DNA from: a virus
Virus record (IMG/VR): IMGVR_UViG_3300033233_000034
Coordinates: 5,000 to 68,999 of that record
Reading direction: 5' to 3' (one strand)
DNA length: 64,000 bases
The translations under genes and the position numbers were made by a program. Shown piece by piece: positions 59,576 to 64,000 of this stretch (position 1 is its first letter; each line of letters opens with the position of its first letter). A model generated the notes under the pieces. It was not told where the DNA came from. It saw only the letters and a list, made by a program, of their open reading frames with translations, and did no database searches.

Positions 59576-60097
59576 TTAACTATTACAAGCCATTTGTAAG
59601 CCCCGTAAACCGAAGCAAATACGATTTAGGGGTAAACCCTTATCTTCCGATAATAAAGCCGTCAAACGGCTTGTAATCGCTTCTTTCGTTGATAATAAAT
59701 AGGGTACAGGGTCACGCAAAACTTCAGTAGCTATTATCTGAGATTCAACGGGTAGATTATCAAAGAAACTAATATACTGTTCCTGTTCGTCCACAATATC
59801 ATAAGCTAAAGAATGTGTAGTTTCAGTGACTTGTAAAGTGTTTGGTATAGGTAGGAAATGTCCATTTTTTCTGACTTCCAATTTTATATAGTCCTGAATA
59901 GTAGAATGAATACAATACCAAGCATGAGTGCTGAAAGCACCTTTAGAGGGGTTATGAGTTTCAATGGCTCGTAAGTAACCAAGATAACCCTCCTGAAATA
60001 AATCTTCCCAAGATTCTCTAGATTTACGTTTAAAATACCAAACAATTTTACAAAGAAGTTTATAATCTGGTATTTGTTTTCGTTCACGTTTAGTCAT
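59576..60097 (-). CDS. sigma-70 family sigma factor (region 2)
   Basis: EDLFQEGYLGYLRAIETHNPSKGAFSTHAWYCI. Confidence 0.85.
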   Translation of the reverse strand: MTKRERKQIPDYKLLCKIVWYFKRKSRESWEDLFQEGYLGYLRAIETHNPSKGAFSTHAWYCIHSTIQDYIKLEVRKNGHFLPIPNTLQVTETTHSLAYDIVDEQEQYISFFDNLPVESQIIATEVLRDPVPYLLSTKEAITSRLTALLSEDKGLPLNRICFGLRGLQMACNS

Positions 60098-63049
60098 ACC
60101 TTTGTTTCTTTTTTAAGTTTATCAATAAAATATTCTCGATAAGCAGGAAGAATTTCATTTAGAAGTAGTTTGGTATCTATGTTTTCCAAGTACGCAGGTG
60201 TTAACCACTTGTTAATAGCGTGAATATGCTGAATCATTTCATCTCTAACGGAAATTTTTTCAATTTTTGTTTTCATAATAAGTAAGTTTTAAATTATCTA
60301 TAAAAAGTAATATTTTTATTATAATGAATGATTGCAAATTTAGCCTGTTGTCGATTACCTGAACGAACGAAAAATTGATGACCTTCCTGATCTTGACAAA
60401 CCCAAAGATTAGCAGGATAACCCCAATAAGCACCACCACGATCATATACTCCCAAAAGTAAAGGTAATCTTTGAAGATAACATTTACCTGAAACTTCTTG
60501 ATTATTTCTACCCATTGGCGCACCAAAACGATTTGAAACATCTGTAAGTTGAATTTTCATGATTAAATTATTTTAAGTTCATAACCAATACTTTCAAGTT
60601 CTTGCTTTAAACTGGCATATTGCTCAGGTGTAGCTTTCCGACAACCCTTAGCATAACGAGGACAACAACCGGAATGTTGTCCTATGTGAGAATACCCTGT
60701 TTTCATAAAACCATATAATTCCTTATTATAATATTCATCAGGAAAATAAGCAAATACTTCATCGTGTTTTTTACTATACAAAAAACTGACTTTTGTTTTC
60801 ATGGGTGTAAATTTAAAGTTTGTAAATCTTTAATTACTTCATTATATGCCTGAATTTTTCCATTTAAAGAAATACAGGAACCACCGTTTCCTTGTGATTC
60901 AAAAAATGCGATTTGTCTTTGACATTTAGTTATTCTTTGTTTTAAAATGTCAATCAATTCTTTAACTGTCATGGGTTTAATTTATTAAGTTTTTACGAAC
61001 GTATTCACGTAATTCACCAATGGTAAAAATAAAACAATCACATTTCCAGTGTCCCGGCCAAACCTGCATAATTATATCTTCATCCGTTAAAAAGTCATAT
61101 TCACCATTAAGTAAATTACGCCAATACCATTCGGTATAAACACAACCATTTTTAATGATAATGAAGGGACTGAAAGCAGGTTTCCGGTGATCAACTCCTG
61201 TGCACCACTTGAAATAGTCCTCCGTATCTTCACGGAATCCTATAAATTTTTCTTTGTTTTTCATATTATTTTTTTAATTTCTGCTTTCATTTTCATTTGA
61301 GTATCATGAAGAGTTAATGCCTGAAAATTAGCTCTGGAAGCATTTACTCCGGGATTAATCCAAGAAAAATTATAACTGCCAAATTTTAGTACAAAATGGA
61401 CATTAAGAAAAAGTTTCTTTTGATGTAAAGTTTTAATGGTATAATTAAACCAACTACAAATAGTTAATGTAGGTCTATTACCACGTAACTTTCTAGAATG
61501 ATAATTATAATAAGCATTCCAAAAATTATTTGACCCTGTTTGAAGAAAGGAGATTACTTCCCCTTCACGTTTACAAATTTCTATTCCTTGATATTTCATG
61601 ACAGTTCCCAATCTTTAGCATTTGTTTCATCAATATAAAAATATTCATATATTCCATATTTTACAGGAATCCTGAATCTTTCAGGTGAACGTACCCAAGT
61701 TTTGGTTTTGCCGTTTCTACGGCATCTCACTTTACCCATTGAATTTTTAAAACTTACATGAGTAAAGTAGTGATTATGTTTGTTTATAGCTTGTTCTTTA
61801 GTTATCATATCAGTGGCGTGTTAAGCGTTCAACGTATAAAATATCATGTAATTGGTGAGGTACTTTTTCCATTTGTTCACGATATTGTTTACCGATAGCT
61901 TGTAATTTTTCAAATTCACCATAAATAATATCTGCATTAAAACGCATCATAGTATAGGGGTCTTGAATAACTTTGGTAATTATACCCTGAGCATTAATTT
62001 CAACCAGATATAAATGAGATTCTTCTGACATACTAAAGTTAGTTCTAACATCATAAGAACCACCGTTGTAAGAAATTCTGATTCTTATTTGTCCATCCGT
62101 TTTGAAGTAGTGGGTAATACTAAAGAAATTCCCACAATGACGCCCTTTAATTTCTCCACGATTTAGGTGTTTATATTTTTGTATAAACCCACCATCAACG
62201 GCAAATACTTTTTTACCAATTAAAGGAGTCAGTTTTTCTTGATATATATCCCAAAGAACTTCTTTGTAATTCTCCATAAGATTAAGCATTTCAACCCGAT
62301 GAATAAACGATGTTGTTTTCATTTTCTTTTATGGTTTTTATGTTTTAAAATAGTTTGTTTATTAGGTCTATAATCCTGATGTATTTTAGTAGGAATAATG
62401 TTATTTTTTACAACGATAGGGGGTATTAAATAATTTATTTCTTCAGTTATTTTAGGTAATAACGTAAAATAAGTAGGTTTAGGATCAAAAGGATTTTTCA
62501 TATTAAATCTAATTTAAGTTGTAATTTATCAATTTCCGCTTGTTTCATTTTAATTAAAGAATCAATCTCAGCCTCAGCTTCTTCAATCATTTGCTTTTTA
62601 CCTTCGTTACCGTAAAAACCACAACAACCTCCAGCTTCAGAATTGTACCCATAAACTTCACCGGAAAGGTATTGGTTCCACTCGGTAATAATACTTTCAG
62701 CTATTTTACTTGCTTTTTCACGGGTCCAACTCCAACCTTTTCCTCTTTTAACTAAAACATAACCAGTGGTGGAAACATCCCAACGATCATTGAAGGGATA
62801 TTTACCTAAAGATAAAACAATCCCACTGTGAATATAAGCATTAACACGAAATACATGGTAACCATTTATAAAGGCTCTACCATCTTCCCAAAGTTCTCTT
62901 GGTTCAAAACCTTTTCTTTTTATTGTAAAATCTCGGTGGTCATATACAAGAAAACAATCATCATTCCCCCAACTATCAGGACTTTCAGCATCCTCATCCT
63001 GATGAATCTCGATCTCATAATCTTTGTAAGTAATCGTTTCTAATTTCAT
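60094..63049 (-). CDS. cluster of about 10 small early hypothetical genes (e.g. 60294-60560, 60563-60802, 60977-61264, 61810-62322, 62498-63049)
   Basis: Densely packed, co-oriented, often ATGA-coupled ORFs. Confidence 0.6.
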
Positions 63050-63069
63050 GGTTTACAAGTTTTAAATTG

Positions 63070-64000
63070 TTAAACGTATTCTTTCATTAATTCGGTTAAT
63101 AAACTCGTTTGTGCTGTTTTTTCACCGTCAAGTACTGAATCAAGTATTTTCCTTTTGCTATCCAATAGGTGAGCAATCTTTTCTTCAATAGTTCCAGTAG
63201 CCAAAAGATAATGTATAGTTACACTATCTTTTTGTCCAATACGGTGACAACGATCTTCTGCCTGCACGAGTGCCCCAGGAGTCCATGGCAATTCTATAAA
63301 AGCTACATTTGATGAAGCCGTTAATGTTAAACCAACCCCAGCAGCTTGTATATTTCCAATAAAAATTCTACAAGTAGGATCATTTTGAAACTTATCGACA
63401 GCATTTTGTCTTTCTAACATAGACACACTACCATCAACCTTTACAGCTATTTTGTAGTATGCACCTATAAGCCATTCAATCGTTTCTTTATGTACTGCGA
63501 AGATAACTAACTTTTGATCGGATCCTTCCAAGAAAGCTTCAACCCAATCCACTACCTGATCTATTTTACCACGGACGGATAATTGTTTTAACGCTTCGAT
63601 TCGTACCAAAGTCTCAGCATTACTTGCTCTTTCAGCAGCAGCCATACCTTTGGTATGTGTCAGATAACTAATAAAATCATTTTCGGCTTGCTGATACTCT
63701 TCAGCATTTGTTAATTGCATAGGTACAAATGCTTTTAACTTATCTGGCAAGTCTTTCAGTACATCAGCTTTTTTCCTACGAATCATAAAGGAACCTATGA
63801 GTAATCGATGTAGTTCATCAGTATTAGTAGCTCCAGTAAAATCCCAACCAAACCCGTTATGTTTTGCACCACACTAACGCATAGTAAATTGCTTAAAGTT
63901 TGGAAGTGCTAATGAATTAATAATAGCGAGGGCATTGTACGCTTCAATAGGTCGATTAACAATGGGGGTTCCGGACAAACCTAAAACATGATCAATGCCC
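63070..64000 (-). CDS. SNF2/SMARCAL1-like helicase, 5' truncated by the window edge, with an in-frame TAG at 63874-63876
   Basis: LSGTPIVNRP upstream of the TAG; MIRRKKADVL.DLP, AAGVGLTL, QAEDRCHRIGQ downstream. Confidence 0.85.

Noticed and set aside
2026-63043. Many antisense or alternate-frame ORFs in the track (e.g. 2225-2740, 5297-5707, 38654-39082, 42424-42969)
   Set aside because: They are shadows of well-supported genes on the other strand or frame, with no motifs of their own
1-64000. Genome-wide TAG reassignment (alternative genetic code)
   Set aside because: Genes are intact in the standard code, TAG ends several genes (18920, 42981, 53539), and the one internal TAG is at a Tyr position, not Gln
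1-64000. Prophage boundaries, integrase, tRNA genes
   Set aside because: No host genes, att-flanked junction, recombinase or cloverleaf were recognised

Overview
This window is a large part of an AT-rich tailed-phage genome. The non-contractile tail gene set and 1088-aa tape measure indicate a siphovirus. A Bacteroidota host is inferred from the mostly SD-less, A/T-rich gene starts, a TAnnTTTG box, signal peptides ending before Gln, and FN3/DUF1566 domains. The + strand (1652-34906) carries the late operon: terminase, portal, head genes, a 6.5-kb glycosyl/methyl/sulfo-transferase block inside the head module, neck and tail genes, fibres and lysis genes, closed by an intrinsic terminator. The - strand (about 35000-64000, plus 11-710) carries replication, recombination and early genes: a split Rad50/SbcC with SbcD, RuvC, a GIY-YIG endonuclease, RecA, SSB, a clamp loader and beta clamp, a family A polymerase split into two genes, ThyX, a C5 methyltransferase, helicase, primase, a sigma factor and an SNF2 helicase. 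No integrase, tRNA, CRISPR array or reverse transcriptase was seen. The most unusual signals are: (1) a shared MER[IT]K/MTRVK peptide on many unrelated proteins, written with different synonymous codons; (2) a tail-tip gene that appears interrupted by a circularly permuted FN3-DUF1566 module, leaving one FN3 domain split over two ORFs; (3) the glycan-modification cassette in the capsid module; (4) a fibre/adhesin pair that both carry Sec-type signal peptides; (5) a leader-peptide/pseudoknot element ahead of the replication genes. All product calls come from motif recognition by eye; no database searches were run.
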